Below, one piece after another: positions 44,560 through 53,690 of a DNA stretch of 64,000 bases. The number at the start of each line of letters is the position of its first letter. The stretch's first letter is position 1. The DNA comes from Patescibacteria group bacterium. Its GTDB lineage: Bacteria > Patescibacteriota > Patescibacteriia > Buchananbacterales > UBA6539. Under the pieces are notes generated by a model that was not told the DNA's origin, ran no database searches, and worked only from the letters and a program-made list of their open reading frames with translations. The stretch is taken from the NCBI GenBank assembly GCA_028688055.1, contig JAQTYZ010000001.1, forward strand, positions 242,910 through 306,909, written 5' to 3'. A program made the position numbers and the translations under genes.

Positions 44560-47325
44560 ATGAGTAATACCGGATCTAAAAAAGAAGTACAAATAATAAA
44601 GTGTGATGCTTGTAATTCTACCGGCAAGCAGGGGATTAAAAGGTGTGAAAATTGTGGGGGTATTGGTATTGCTGGCTGGACCGGGTCAGAATTATTATAC
44701 TGGGGCAAAATCATAAGTTATGCGAAAATTGCCGAGGACAGACTTTTTTATTTAGTTAATAAGACAATTAATGGAGTGCTGTATTTATTTGGTGTAATCG
44801 GCATTTCATTATTGGGTTATTCATTATTAAAAAATTGGCAATTAACCGGTGTGAATATTGCTTATCTTAATAAACCTAGTTTAATTCTGTTGGTGTTCTA
44901 TGTTTCAATTCTAACGGATACCTATTTAATTTATCGATTCAATCGAGAGCTAGAAAAAATTAGGTTTATTCCCAAAAAAAAATATGATGATGATTCGCGA
45001 GATGTTATTAATACTATCAACTGGGAAGTGATAAAAAAAATTAGTCGAAAAAAGAAAATTGATATCGCGGAATATTTTAATACTGACGCGGAAAAATCAG
45101 TAGCCGAGTCATGGAAAATAGCTAATAAATATCACGATGCCGTGGTGACGCCAATTCACTTGTTTGTTGCCCTACTAGGTAACTCACAAACGCAAATTAT
45201 TTTTAGTCGTCTAGGTATTTCATTTACGACGTTAAAAAATAAGATTAGAAACACTCTCGCGCAGCAACTTGAACTGACTGATTCTCAGGCCATTATCGGC
45301 GAAAATTTATGGGCTATTATTTTTAGCTCCTATTTGTTAGCTTATGAAAAAAGACAAAAAAAAGTCGATGTTATTGAATTATTAGAACAAATGGCCTCGC
45401 AGGAAAACGAAGTTACGACCCTACTTTATGATTTAGATGTGACAAAAAATAAAATAGTAAACGTTATTTCCTGGCTTCGGATTAGAAAACAACTCAGGGA
45501 AAACTGGCTCAAATTTAGACAACGCGCGTCCTTGAGACCAAAAAGTTCAATGAACAGGGCGATGACAGCTGTTGCGTCGCCAGTCTTGGATGTTTTCGGT
45601 CACGATATAACTTATTTAGCTCAATCAGGTTATTTATTCCCGTGTATCGGGCGCGACGACGAAATTGAAACTATTTTTCAAAATATTAAGGGCGGAAGCC
45701 GCAAAAGTACCCTCCTGATTGGAAATCCCGGAGTCGGCCGGAATACAATTATTGAAGGGGTTGCCCAAAAAATGGTGGCCGAAGCAGTGCCAAAATTTTT
45801 AGCAGACAAAAGATTAGTTAGTTTGAGCGTTGCCAAGTTAGTCAGCGGTGCTTCTCCGTCCGAAGCGCAGCAGCGCCTAATGTTAATAACTAACGAAATC
45901 CGCCGCGCCGGTAATATTATTCTGTATATTTCGGATATTCATAATATGATTGGTATAACATCCGGCCGGCAAGGTAGTATTGATCTGGCCGATGTTCTTT
46001 CTCAGTCGTTAAAAAATATTGTTTGTTTCGCCACCACGACGCCGTCGGACTATAGTCGATATATCGAAAATAAAAGCTCAATTGATAGCGTTTTTTCCAA
46101 ACTCAATATTGATGAAGTGACCGGCGATGAGGCAATCCAAATTCTTGAAGCCAAGGCCGGAACCGTCGAATATCAACAAAAAGTATTTTTTTCCTATGAT
46201 GCTATTTCAAAGATTGTCGATTTGTCTGATCGCTACTTGCATGATCGCTACTTACCCGAAAAGGCTATTGAAATTTTGCAGGAAGTGTCCACTAAAATTA
46301 GAGACAGTAAAGGAAAAAACAGCACCATTACCGGTAATGATGTTGCCATTATAATTTCGGATAAAACAAAAATTCCATTAGCTGACATAACTCAGGAGGA
46401 ATCAGAAAAACTTCTAAACTTAGAAACAAAGATTCATGAGCGGATGGTTGATCAACAAGAAGCTGTTTCAATGGTTGCTTCTAGCCTTAGGCGTGCCAGA
46501 GCTGAGATGAGAGACATCTCGCGGCCAATTGTAAATCTTCTATTTTTGGGTCCCACCGGCGTTGGTAAAACCGAACTTGCTAAAACTGTTGCCGAGGTTT
46601 ATTTTGGTGCCGCGGAAAATATGATTAGACTGGATATGTCAGAGTATCAGGAAAAAAATAGCGTTAACAGATTAATTGGCTCGCCCACTGGCTACTCTGA
46701 TTCGTCTGGCGGTGGATTTTTAAGTGACGCCGTTAGAAAAAATCCTTTCTCCTTGATTTTACTTGATGAAATTGAAAAGGCGCATCCTGACATTTTAAAT
46801 ATTTTTTTACAAGTTATGGATGACGGCCGCCTGACCGATAATAGCGGAAAAACAATTGATTTTACCAACACGATTATTATTGCAACTTCTAACGCCGGTA
46901 CGCAGTATATTCAAGACAGAATTGCGGCTGGCGATTCAGTTGAAAATATTAAAAATAGTCTTGTTGATTCTCAATTAGGGCAGTATTTTAGGCCGGAATT
47001 ACTTAACCGTTTTGATGGAATTATTGTCTTTAAGCCGCTTAGTATGGCTGATGTTGTGGCGATTGCCAAATTAATGATTAATAAAGTCGCCAAAAATTTA
47101 GAAACCAAGGGGATAGCCCTTGACGTTAGCCAGGTGGCGCTTGAGAAACTAGCCAGTGAAGGCTTTGATATAAATTTTGGCGCCAGGCCACTACGTCGAG
47201 TCATCCAGCAAAAATTGCAAGACCCAATTGCTAATTTGATTTTGGCCAGCCAGGCCACGAGACGCGACACTATCGTTTATGATGAAAATCAGAATTTGAG
47301 CCTTAAAAAAGCCCGGCCAATTTAA
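44560..47325 (+). CDS. Membrane-anchored ClpB/ClpC-like AAA+ ATPase with N-terminal DnaJ-type CxxCxGxG zinc finger; first ATPase domain degenerate
   Basis: CDACNSTGK...CENCGGIG zinc finger, 2-3 TM helices, Clp_N-like repeats. D1 Walker A is GNPGVGRNT (K->R, T->N) and D1 Walker B is ILYISDIHN (DE->SD). D2 is canonical (GPTGVGKTELAK; ILLDEIEKAHPD; sensor/Arg finger region present). Confidence 0.8.
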   Translation: MSNTGSKKEVQIIKCDACNSTGKQGIKRCENCGGIGIAGWTGSELLYWGKIISYAKIAEDRLFYLVNKTINGVLYLFGVIGISLLGYSLLKNWQLTGVNIAYLNKPSLILLVFYVSILTDTYLIYRFNRELEKIRFIPKKKYDDDSRDVINTINWEVIKKISRKKKIDIAEYFNTDAEKSVAESWKIANKYHDAVVTPIHLFVALLGNSQTQIIFSRLGISFTTLKNKIRNTLAQQLELTDSQAIIGENLWAIIFSSYLLAYEKRQKKVDVIELLEQMASQENEVTTLLYDLDVTKNKIVNVISWLRIRKQLRENWLKFRQRASLRPKSSMNRAMTAVASPVLDVFGHDITYLAQSGYLFPCIGRDDEIETIFQNIKGGSRKSTLLIGNPGVGRNTIIEGVAQKMVAEAVPKFLADKRLVSLSVAKLVSGASPSEAQQRLMLITNEIRRAGNIILYISDIHNMIGITSGRQGSIDLADVLSQSLKNIVCFATTTPSDYSRYIENKSSIDSVFSKLNIDEVTGDEAIQILEAKAGTVEYQQKVFFSYDAISKIVDLSDRYLHDRYLPEKAIEILQEVSTKIRDSKGKNSTITGNDVAIIISDKTKIPLADITQEESEKLLNLETKIHERMVDQQEAVSMVASSLRRARAEMRDISRPIVNLLFLGPTGVGKTELAKTVAEVYFGAAENMIRLDMSEYQEKNSVNRLIGSPTGYSDSSGGGFLSDAVRKNPFSLILLDEIEKAHPDILNIFLQVMDDGRLTDNSGKTIDFTNTIIIATSNAGTQYIQDRIAAGDSVENIKNSLVDSQLGQYFRPELLNRFDGIIVFKPLSMADVVAIAKLMINKVAKNLETKGIALDVSQVALEKLASEGFDINFGARPLRRVIQQKLQDPIANLILASQATRRDTIVYDENQNLSLKKARPI

Positions 47326-47396
47326 AAAATTACTCCTAATATAAAACATCAGTCGGAAGCACTATTATATTAATAACGACAAAACTGTTAATCATC

Positions 47397-48434
47397 ATGA
47401 ATTACATTTATTTGCTAACCTTGCTAATTGCCGTCTTATCGTCAATAATTTTAACTCCCATTGTTAAACAATTAGCAATAAAAAAAAATATTGTCGACTT
47501 ACCAAATCCAAGAAAAATTCATTCAAGACCAACGCCGTTATTGGGCGGTCTCGCCATTTTTGGCTCTTTTTTTATTTCAATTTATCTAATATTAACCCTA
47601 GCCGGAATTTATGATTCGAGAGTCAGTAGCTGGCAATTATTTGCCATATTTATCGGGGGGATTATTATTATGCTCGGTGGCTATTTTGATGATAAATTTA
47701 ATCTCAAGCCATCAACTCAAATAATATTTCCCGTTATTTCATCAATCATCATCGTGATGTCTGGAATCAGAATTAACTATGTTACTAACCCCGGCGGTGG
47801 TATCTACCATTTTTCGGTAATGTTTGGATCAATGATGGCTTTTATTTGGTTGTTAGGAATGAGCTACACGACCAAATTTTTAGACGGACTTGATGGGCTA
47901 CTTTCGGGGGTAACATTTATCGGTTCAATTATTATTTTTTTTGTCAGCTTACGCTGGGATTTGCCGTTGTCGCTAACGTCGATTATGTGTATGGCGCTTG
48001 CCGGTTCCACCCTTGGGTTTTTGTTTTTTAATTGGCATCCGGCCAAAATTTTTCTCGGCGAGGGCGGGAGTATCTTTTGTGGTTTTATGTTGGGTGTATT
48101 AGCGATAATATCAGGCTCGAAGATTGCCACCGCCCTCCTAATAATGGGCGTTCCAATTCTCGATGTGCTATGGGTCATCGCTCGAAGATTATTTGAAAAA
48201 AAATCACCAACCGCTAGCGATCGAAAGCATCTCCATTTTAGATTAATTGACGTTGGCCTTAGTCACCGACAAACGGTTATTTTTTTGTATTTTATTACGG
48301 CGATTTTTGGCATCACCTCATTATTCTTGCATTCAAAAGGAAAAATATATGCCTTAGCAATGCTAACTATTTTTATGGTTTTGCTGGCCCTAGTATTGGT
48401 TTGGTCTTATCGAAAAAAAAATGCGAAAATTTAA
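47397..48434 (+). CDS. Polyprenyl-phosphate N-acetylhexosamine-1-phosphate transferase (MraY/WecA/TagO family)
   Basis: RKIHSRPTPLLGGLAIF, DDKFNL, LDGLDGL, 10-11 TM. Confidence 0.75.
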   Translation: MNYIYLLTLLIAVLSSIILTPIVKQLAIKKNIVDLPNPRKIHSRPTPLLGGLAIFGSFFISIYLILTLAGIYDSRVSSWQLFAIFIGGIIIMLGGYFDDKFNLKPSTQIIFPVISSIIIVMSGIRINYVTNPGGGIYHFSVMFGSMMAFIWLLGMSYTTKFLDGLDGLLSGVTFIGSIIIFFVSLRWDLPLSLTSIMCMALAGSTLGFLFFNWHPAKIFLGEGGSIFCGFMLGVLAIISGSKIATALLIMGVPILDVLWVIARRLFEKKSPTASDRKHLHFRLIDVGLSHRQTVIFLYFITAIFGITSLFLHSKGKIYALAMLTIFMVLLALVLVWSYRKKNAKI

Positions 48435-48858
48435 TTTTGTTCTGCTCGTCGTTTTATTGTTCGTCTTAATTGTAATTGCTAAGGTCATTAATTTTAGTAG
48501 CTCAAAAGTTACCATTAATAACAGCCCATTTTACGTCACCGTCGCCCAAGATAATATTGCCCTGGCTCAAGGATTATCAGGAGCCACTAAACTCGCAGCT
48601 AACGAGGGCATGCTGTTTATTTTTTCCAACAGACAAAAACAATCTTTTTGGATGAAGGGTATGCTTTTTCCGCTCGATTTAATTTGGATCACAGATAATA
48701 AAATCGTCGGTCTGGCACCAAATTTGCCGATACCAACATCAACTGAATACACAATCTACAATTCGCCCGAACCAATAGACTACGTGTTGGAAATTAACGC
48801 TGGTACTATCAAAAAAATCAACGCTAAAATCGGTGATGAGGTAACAATAAAAAAATGA
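48421..48858 (+). CDS. DUF192-domain protein
   Basis: MLFIFSNRQKQSFWMKGMLFPLDLIWI matches the DUF192 core; signal/TM at the N-terminus. Confidence 0.6.
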   Translation: MRKFNFVLLVVLLFVLIVIAKVINFSSSKVTINNSPFYVTVAQDNIALAQGLSGATKLAANEGMLFIFSNRQKQSFWMKGMLFPLDLIWITDNKIVGLAPNLPIPTSTEYTIYNSPEPIDYVLEINAGTIKKINAKIGDEVTIKK

Positions 48859-50342
48859 TCGATTTAAGAAAAAAAATCGGCCCTTTAGAAATAATGATAT
48901 TTATTTCCGGTGCTGTAATCATGATCTTAGAACTAATTGGCTCACGTATTCTAGCGCCGTACCTGGGGACTTCCATCTTTGTTTGGTCGTCTTTAATTGG
49001 TGTCATCTTGGGCGCTTTAAGTCTTGGCTATTATCTTGGTGGTCGTTTATCGGTCGCCAAAGCAGATCTGAAGACTTTAGCATTAATACTGTTTATTGCT
49101 GGAGTATCAATTGCTTTCATCGGGATATTCAAAGACACCATTCTCTATCAGTCAGCTAAACTGGGAGTTAAGCTTGGATCAGTTGTTGCGACAATTTTAT
49201 TATTTTCAACTACCAGTGTCATCTTAGGAATGGTCTCCCCATATGCAATTAAACTAAAAGTTAAGGATTTGCAAAATTCGGGCAATGTCGCCGGCCGGCT
49301 TTATGCCCTATCGACACTTGGCAGTATCTTTGGCACGTTCACGGCTGGTTTTTTACTGATACCTAATTTTGGCAGTACCAATATAGTTTACGGCCTAAGT
49401 ATAATTTTGATTTTGACTTCGCTGCTTGGTGGGATTAATACTTTTAAAATTTTATTATTATTTTTAATTTCATCCATTTGGCTAAACACTTTTATCCTTC
49501 CGAGTAAATTTAAATATGAAACTGATTCGGCTTACAGCCATATTAAAGTTGAGGATGTTATGACAAAAGACGGCCAGCCAGCCAGACTGCTTATTCTGGC
49601 GACTGAAGTAAATTCAATAATATATTTGGACAGTGATAAACTTTTAACCGATTATGTTAAATATTACCGTTTGGACACGTTATTTAATCCAGGTATAAAA
49701 AATAGTTTAACTTTAGGCGGGGGAGCTTACACCTCGCCTCAAGATTATCAAAGGCGATTTCCCGACAATAATATGGATGTGGTTGAAATCGACCCTAAAG
49801 TAACCCAAACGGCCAGAACCTATTTTGGCCTTAAGGATAATCCAAAATTAAATATTATTCACGAAGACGGCAGAATTTTTTTGAACAATAACACTAAAAA
49901 ATATGATTCAATCTACGGCGACGCATTTTCGTCTTATTATTCCATCCCATTTCAATTAACAACGAGCGAGGCCATAAAAAAAATCTACGATTCCTTAAAT
50001 GAAGACGGTTTATACGCGTTGAATTTTATTGGGGCAATTTCTGGGTCAAAGTCAATTTTTTTTCAAGCCGAAATAAAAACCCTAGCTAAATTTTTCCCGC
50101 AGCTTTATATCTTTCCAAACATTGATCAAAATTTAAATTCAACCTTGGTTCAAAATATTGTCATTTTCGCCTCAAAAAAAACAACCCGAATAGCTAAAGG
50201 CGAATTAGTCGCAACGGCGACTCCGGAACTCAAAAGTTTAGCCAATAATTTAACTGCCATAAATATCAATACCAACTCTATAACCTTGTCTGATAACTAT
50301 GCACCAGTTGATAATTATGTCGCTAGCTATTTAAGTAATTAA
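48855..50342 (+). CDS. Fused membrane domain + spermidine/spermine synthase-like (aminopropyltransferase fold) protein
   Basis: About 7 N-terminal TM helices, then a PABS-like methyltransferase-fold region (LTLGGGAY..., DVVEIDP, IHEDGR, GDAFS). Confidence 0.55.
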   Translation: MIDLRKKIGPLEIMIFISGAVIMILELIGSRILAPYLGTSIFVWSSLIGVILGALSLGYYLGGRLSVAKADLKTLALILFIAGVSIAFIGIFKDTILYQSAKLGVKLGSVVATILLFSTTSVILGMVSPYAIKLKVKDLQNSGNVAGRLYALSTLGSIFGTFTAGFLLIPNFGSTNIVYGLSIILILTSLLGGINTFKILLLFLISSIWLNTFILPSKFKYETDSAYSHIKVEDVMTKDGQPARLLILATEVNSIIYLDSDKLLTDYVKYYRLDTLFNPGIKNSLTLGGGAYTSPQDYQRRFPDNNMDVVEIDPKVTQTARTYFGLKDNPKLNIIHEDGRIFLNNNTKKYDSIYGDAFSSYYSIPFQLTTSEAIKKIYDSLNEDGLYALNFIGAISGSKSIFFQAEIKTLAKFFPQLYIFPNIDQNLNSTLVQNIVIFASKKTTRIAKGELVATATPELKSLANNLTAININTNSITLSDNYAPVDNYVASYLSN

Positions 50343-50451
50343 TTTTGGCAACAACTAGCAGCAAAAGGTTAGTATTTGTCGTCTTTTTATATCCTTGACT
50401 TTTTCCCTAAATAAATATAAACTATAAGGGTTAATAATTAAGATTTTTCTT

Positions 50452-50760
50452 ATGTCTTTGGCAGTAATCAAAACTGGCGGTAAGCAATATCTCGTGAAAG
50501 AAGGGGATAAAATTAGTGTGGAAAAACTTAAGGGCGAGGCTGGCGATGCTATTTCTTTTGATACACTTTTAATTACCGATGATATTGGTGCTAAAATCGA
50601 AGTCGGCCAACCATTATTAAAAACCAAAGTTGAAGGCAAAATTGTGAAGCAGGCCGTTGGTGATAAAATTACCGTTGTAAAATATAAGGCAAAAACTAGA
50701 TATAATAAATTTGTTGGTCATCGACAACTCAGCACAACCGTTGAAATAGTCAAAATTTAA
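50452..50760 (+). CDS. rplU: 50S ribosomal protein L21
   Basis: AVIKTGGKQYLV... canonical L21 N-terminus. Confidence 0.9.
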   Translation: MSLAVIKTGGKQYLVKEGDKISVEKLKGEAGDAISFDTLLITDDIGAKIEVGQPLLKTKVEGKIVKQAVGDKITVVKYKAKTRYNKFVGHRQLSTTVEIVKI

Positions 50761-50776
50761 AATACTCAATTTAAGA

Positions 50777-50809
50777 AAACGCCTCGGATCAATAATCCGA
50801 GGCGTTTTT
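50777..50809. terminator. Bidirectional Rho-independent terminator between convergent rplU and recR
   Basis: AAAACGCCTCGG-atcaataat-CCGAGGCGTTTTT (A-run 5', T-run 3'). Confidence 0.7.
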
Positions 50810-50847
50810 AGTTAGATTTTGACATCAATAACTTGTATTTTACTAAG

Positions 50848-51450
50848 CTAAAGTTCCCGACGACCCCTTAAGGCATTACTTAAGGTTACCTGATCAACAT
50901 ATTCCAAGTCGCTGCCAATCGGCAGACCTTGAGCCAAGCGGGTGATTTTAACGTCTTTAAACTGTTTAAGAAGTTTTGTTAAATATAATATGGTCGTCTC
51001 GCCGGACATATCGGAGTTTAAAGCTAAAATAATTTCGGTGACACGATCAAGCTTTATCCGGTTTACCAGTTCTCTTATTTTTAAATCTTCAGGAGTAATG
51101 CCTTCAATCGGATCAATAACACCACCTAAGACATGATAAACCCCAACGTATTCGCTGGTTTTTTCTAAGGCAAACAAATCTTGGGGTTTAGCTACAATAC
51201 AAATAAGCTGGCGATCGCGTCGTTTATCTGAACAAATTAAACACGGATCATTCTCAGTAAAGTTTAAACAACTACGGCAGACCGTAATTTTGTCTCGTAA
51301 ATGTTCAAGCGCCATTCCAAACCTCGCTAAGTCTTCCTTCGGCTGCTTTAATAAAAAAAAGACTAACCGCTCAGCGGTCTTTGGCCCGATGCCAGGCAGT
51401 CTCGAAAATTGATCAAGTAAATTTTTTATTGAATCCGGATAATAAGCCAT
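50848..51450 (-). CDS. recR: Recombination protein RecR
   Basis: LPGIGPKTAERL HhH, C4 zinc finger CRSC...CLIC, Toprim region. Confidence 0.9.
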   Translation of the reverse strand: MAYYPDSIKNLLDQFSRLPGIGPKTAERLVFFLLKQPKEDLARFGMALEHLRDKITVCRSCLNFTENDPCLICSDKRRDRQLICIVAKPQDLFALEKTSEYVGVYHVLGGVIDPIEGITPEDLKIRELVNRIKLDRVTEIILALNSDMSGETTILYLTKLLKQFKDVKITRLAQGLPIGSDLEYVDQVTLSNALRGRREL

Positions 51451-51702
51451 TTAGCGATGAAGATTAGTCGTATACACCAAAGTAATGGCCCCGACCCAGA
51501 TCGGGGCTAAAACCGGCAAAATTACGTCAATTTTGACCCCGACAAAATGGAGTACTACGCCAATTACCAGCGCTACTAAAGTGGCAATTAACAACGCAGC
51601 CAATATTACTTTTATTTTGTGATTATTACCGGAAGGCAATTGATGATCGGGGCCGATTGGCTTTGGATGTTCTAAATGTGGTGGTAGGGGTGGATGAGGC
51701 AT
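51451..51702 (-). CDS. Small Pro/His-rich membrane protein (83 aa from the ATG right after the dnaB stop)
   Basis: MPHPPLPPHLEHPKPIGPDHQLP... then two TM helices. Sits exactly between the dnaB stop (51704-51706) and the recR start, so likely co-transcribed. The longer track ORF to 51741 overlaps dnaB. Confidence 0.4.
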   Translation of the reverse strand: MPHPPLPPHLEHPKPIGPDHQLPSGNNHKIKVILAALLIATLVALVIGVVLHFVGVKIDVILPVLAPIWVGAITLVYTTNLHR

Positions 51703-51703
51703 A

Positions 51704-53083
51704 TTAAAATGATATTTCTTCCGACGCAAATTTTTGATCAATGTTTTTAAAGGTTACATTTTTTTCGTCAAAATATAGTTTAACTTTACCAGTTGGTCCA
51801 TTGCGATGCTTGGCAATGATAATTTCGGCAATATTTTGTTTTTCATTAGGTAAATCCTGCTGGTACAACTTTTCTCGGTAGATAAATAATACTACATCAG
51901 CGTCTTGTTCAATTGATCCGGATTCGCGCAGATCGGCTAAACGGGGGACATGACTATCTCGAGATTCAACGGAACGAGAGAGTTGAGACAAGGCTAAAAC
52001 CGGCACATTTAACTCTCGGGCAATGGCCTTTAAATTTCGCGAAATCTCAGAAACCTCCTGAACACGATTTTCTTTAGAGCCACGGCCTTCCATTAATTGT
52101 AAATAATCAATCACAATCAAACCAAGTCCGTGTTCGGACTGTAAACGACGAGCTTTGGTTCTAATTTCCATCACATTAGCATTAGCCGAGTCATCAATAA
52201 AAATCTTAGCTTCAGATAGTACCCCCATGGCCCGATTTATTTTAGAAAAGTCGTCATTTTCACCTTGATCCGTTAGCTTGCCAGTTCGCATTTTCCACAA
52301 GTCAACACCGGCCTCGGAACACAGTAGGCGATCAACTAACTGCTCCTTGGACATTTCTAAGCTAAACACACCGACCGATTCTTTACCTTTGACCGCAATA
52401 TTTCTGGCGATATCAAGCGCTAACGTCGTCTTACCAACGGACGGCCGCGCCGCCAAAATTATTAAATCAGATTTTTGTAATCCAGCTAAAATATTGTCTA
52501 AATCTTTGTAATGAGTACGTACTCCCCGTAATTTGCCGGATTCCCGATGTAACTCGTCGATTCTATCAAAGGCTTCGGTTAAAACGTCATTAATAGAAAT
52601 AAAAGTCTTTTTCAAAAACTTTTGGGAAACGCTAAATAATTTTTGTTCCGCTTCATCTAAAAGGGTATCCACACTTTCTGTCTCGCGATAGCCCAGTTCG
52701 GTAATATCAGACGCCGCTGACAGCAAACGTCTTAAAGTCGCCTTATTCTGAACAACATTAGCATAGTGTACAACGTGGCTTGAGGTCGGCACCGAATTAG
52801 CCAAACCAGCTAGATAGGTGCGACCGCCAACCGTTTCAAGCTGACCTCGTTCTTCAAGTCGACTGCCTAAACTCAATAGGTCGATCGGCTCACGTTTTTC
52901 GTATAGCTCCCTAATAGCTTGGTAAATCAACCGGTGTCCATCCTTATAAAAATCATCAGGTGAGATGATATCGGCAATTTTAATAATGGCGTCGCGATCA
53001 ATCATAATTGAACCGAGCAAGGATTGTTCCATCTCAAGATTCTGTGGTGGTATTTTATCGTAATTATCGCTATTTTTAGCCAT
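51704..53083 (-). CDS. dnaB: Replicative DNA helicase DnaB
   Basis: N-terminal DnaB domain, Walker A ARPSVGKTT, H2/H3/H4 motifs (LIVIDYLQLM, SQLSR). Confidence 0.9.
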   Translation of the reverse strand: MAKNSDNYDKIPPQNLEMEQSLLGSIMIDRDAIIKIADIISPDDFYKDGHRLIYQAIRELYEKREPIDLLSLGSRLEERGQLETVGGRTYLAGLANSVPTSSHVVHYANVVQNKATLRRLLSAASDITELGYRETESVDTLLDEAEQKLFSVSQKFLKKTFISINDVLTEAFDRIDELHRESGKLRGVRTHYKDLDNILAGLQKSDLIILAARPSVGKTTLALDIARNIAVKGKESVGVFSLEMSKEQLVDRLLCSEAGVDLWKMRTGKLTDQGENDDFSKINRAMGVLSEAKIFIDDSANANVMEIRTKARRLQSEHGLGLIVIDYLQLMEGRGSKENRVQEVSEISRNLKAIARELNVPVLALSQLSRSVESRDSHVPRLADLRESGSIEQDADVVLFIYREKLYQQDLPNEKQNIAEIIIAKHRNGPTGKVKLYFDEKNVTFKNIDQKFASEEISF

Positions 53084-53250
53084 TTCTCTAAAATCTTTGT
53101 TATTAGTAGCTACTTTATACTACTACAGGCGAGTACATTTATTCAAGCCAATCTCATTAACATATTATCCACTAACTTTCACCCTGGACTTGATTTTTTG
53201 TAAAATATTTGATATTATCCTATAGTAAAATTAAAAGCCAAACATTTTAT

Positions 53251-53306
53251 GGGACGTTAGCTCAGCGCGCTAGATCCGCCAGCTGGCGGACTTTTAAGCA
53301 AATGGT
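53251..53306 (+). repeat. Pseudo-tRNA-Lys 5' fragment (direct repeat of the first 16 nt and of the anticodon-loop 16-mer of the downstream intact tRNA-Lys)
   Basis: GGGACGTTAGCTCAGC (53251-53266) and CTTTTAAGCAAATGGT (53291-53306) are identical to 53568-53583 and 53599-53614. The 24 nt between them (a perfect 16-nt palindrome TCCGCCAGCTGGCGGA) replaces the D/anticodon stems. Confidence 0.7.
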
Positions 53307-53577
53307 TATGATGACTTATGTCGTATATGTCTTAAAGTCTGAATCAACTGGAAAAATATACATTGGACAAACAAATAATATTGATGATAGATTAAAAAGA
53401 CATAATAGTTTACTATCTAATAAAAAATCTTCATACACATCTAAAAATAGAGGAACATGGACTTTAATTTATTCCGAAACATGTCAAAGTAGACAACTGG
53501 CGATCCAAAGGGAAAAACAGCTAAAAAGTTACCAAGGACGACAATTTATCAAAAATTTACAAAACATGGGACGTTAG
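53302..53577 (+). CDS. GIY-YIG nuclease family protein (about 91 aa, UPF0213/YhbQ-like)
   Basis: MVMMTYVVYVLKSESTGKIYIGQTNNIDDRLKRHN...LIYSE...REKQLK: GIY(VYV)-9aa-YIG, conserved Arg and Glu. The ATG lies inside the upstream tRNA-derived repeat and the TAG stop lies inside the 5' acceptor stem of tRNA-Lys. Confidence 0.65.
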   Translation: MVMMTYVVYVLKSESTGKIYIGQTNNIDDRLKRHNSLLSNKKSSYTSKNRGTWTLIYSETCQSRQLAIQREKQLKSYQGRQFIKNLQNMGR

Positions 53578-53643
53578 CTCAGCTGGTAGAGCAATTGCCT
53601 TTTAAGCAAATGGTCGGGGGTTCGAATCCCTCACGTCCCACCA
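53568..53643 (+). tRNA. tRNA-Lys (anticodon UUU), CCA encoded
   Basis: Acceptor GGGACGT/ACGTCCC, D-arm GCTC-AGCTGGTA-GAGC, anticodon loop CTTTTAA, T-loop TTCGAAT, discriminator A. Confidence 0.85.
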
Positions 53644-53690
53644 AAAATCCGTCTGTAATTTCCGGCGGTTTTTTGATATAATCAAGAAGT

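Noticed and set aside
53209-53301. Longer N-terminal extension of the GIY-YIG ORF (track start 53209)
   Set aside because: The extension is read through the pseudo-tRNA fragment (…GTLAQRARSASWRTFKQ) and is not part of the GIY-YIG fold. ATG 53302 is a better start, but this is unverified.
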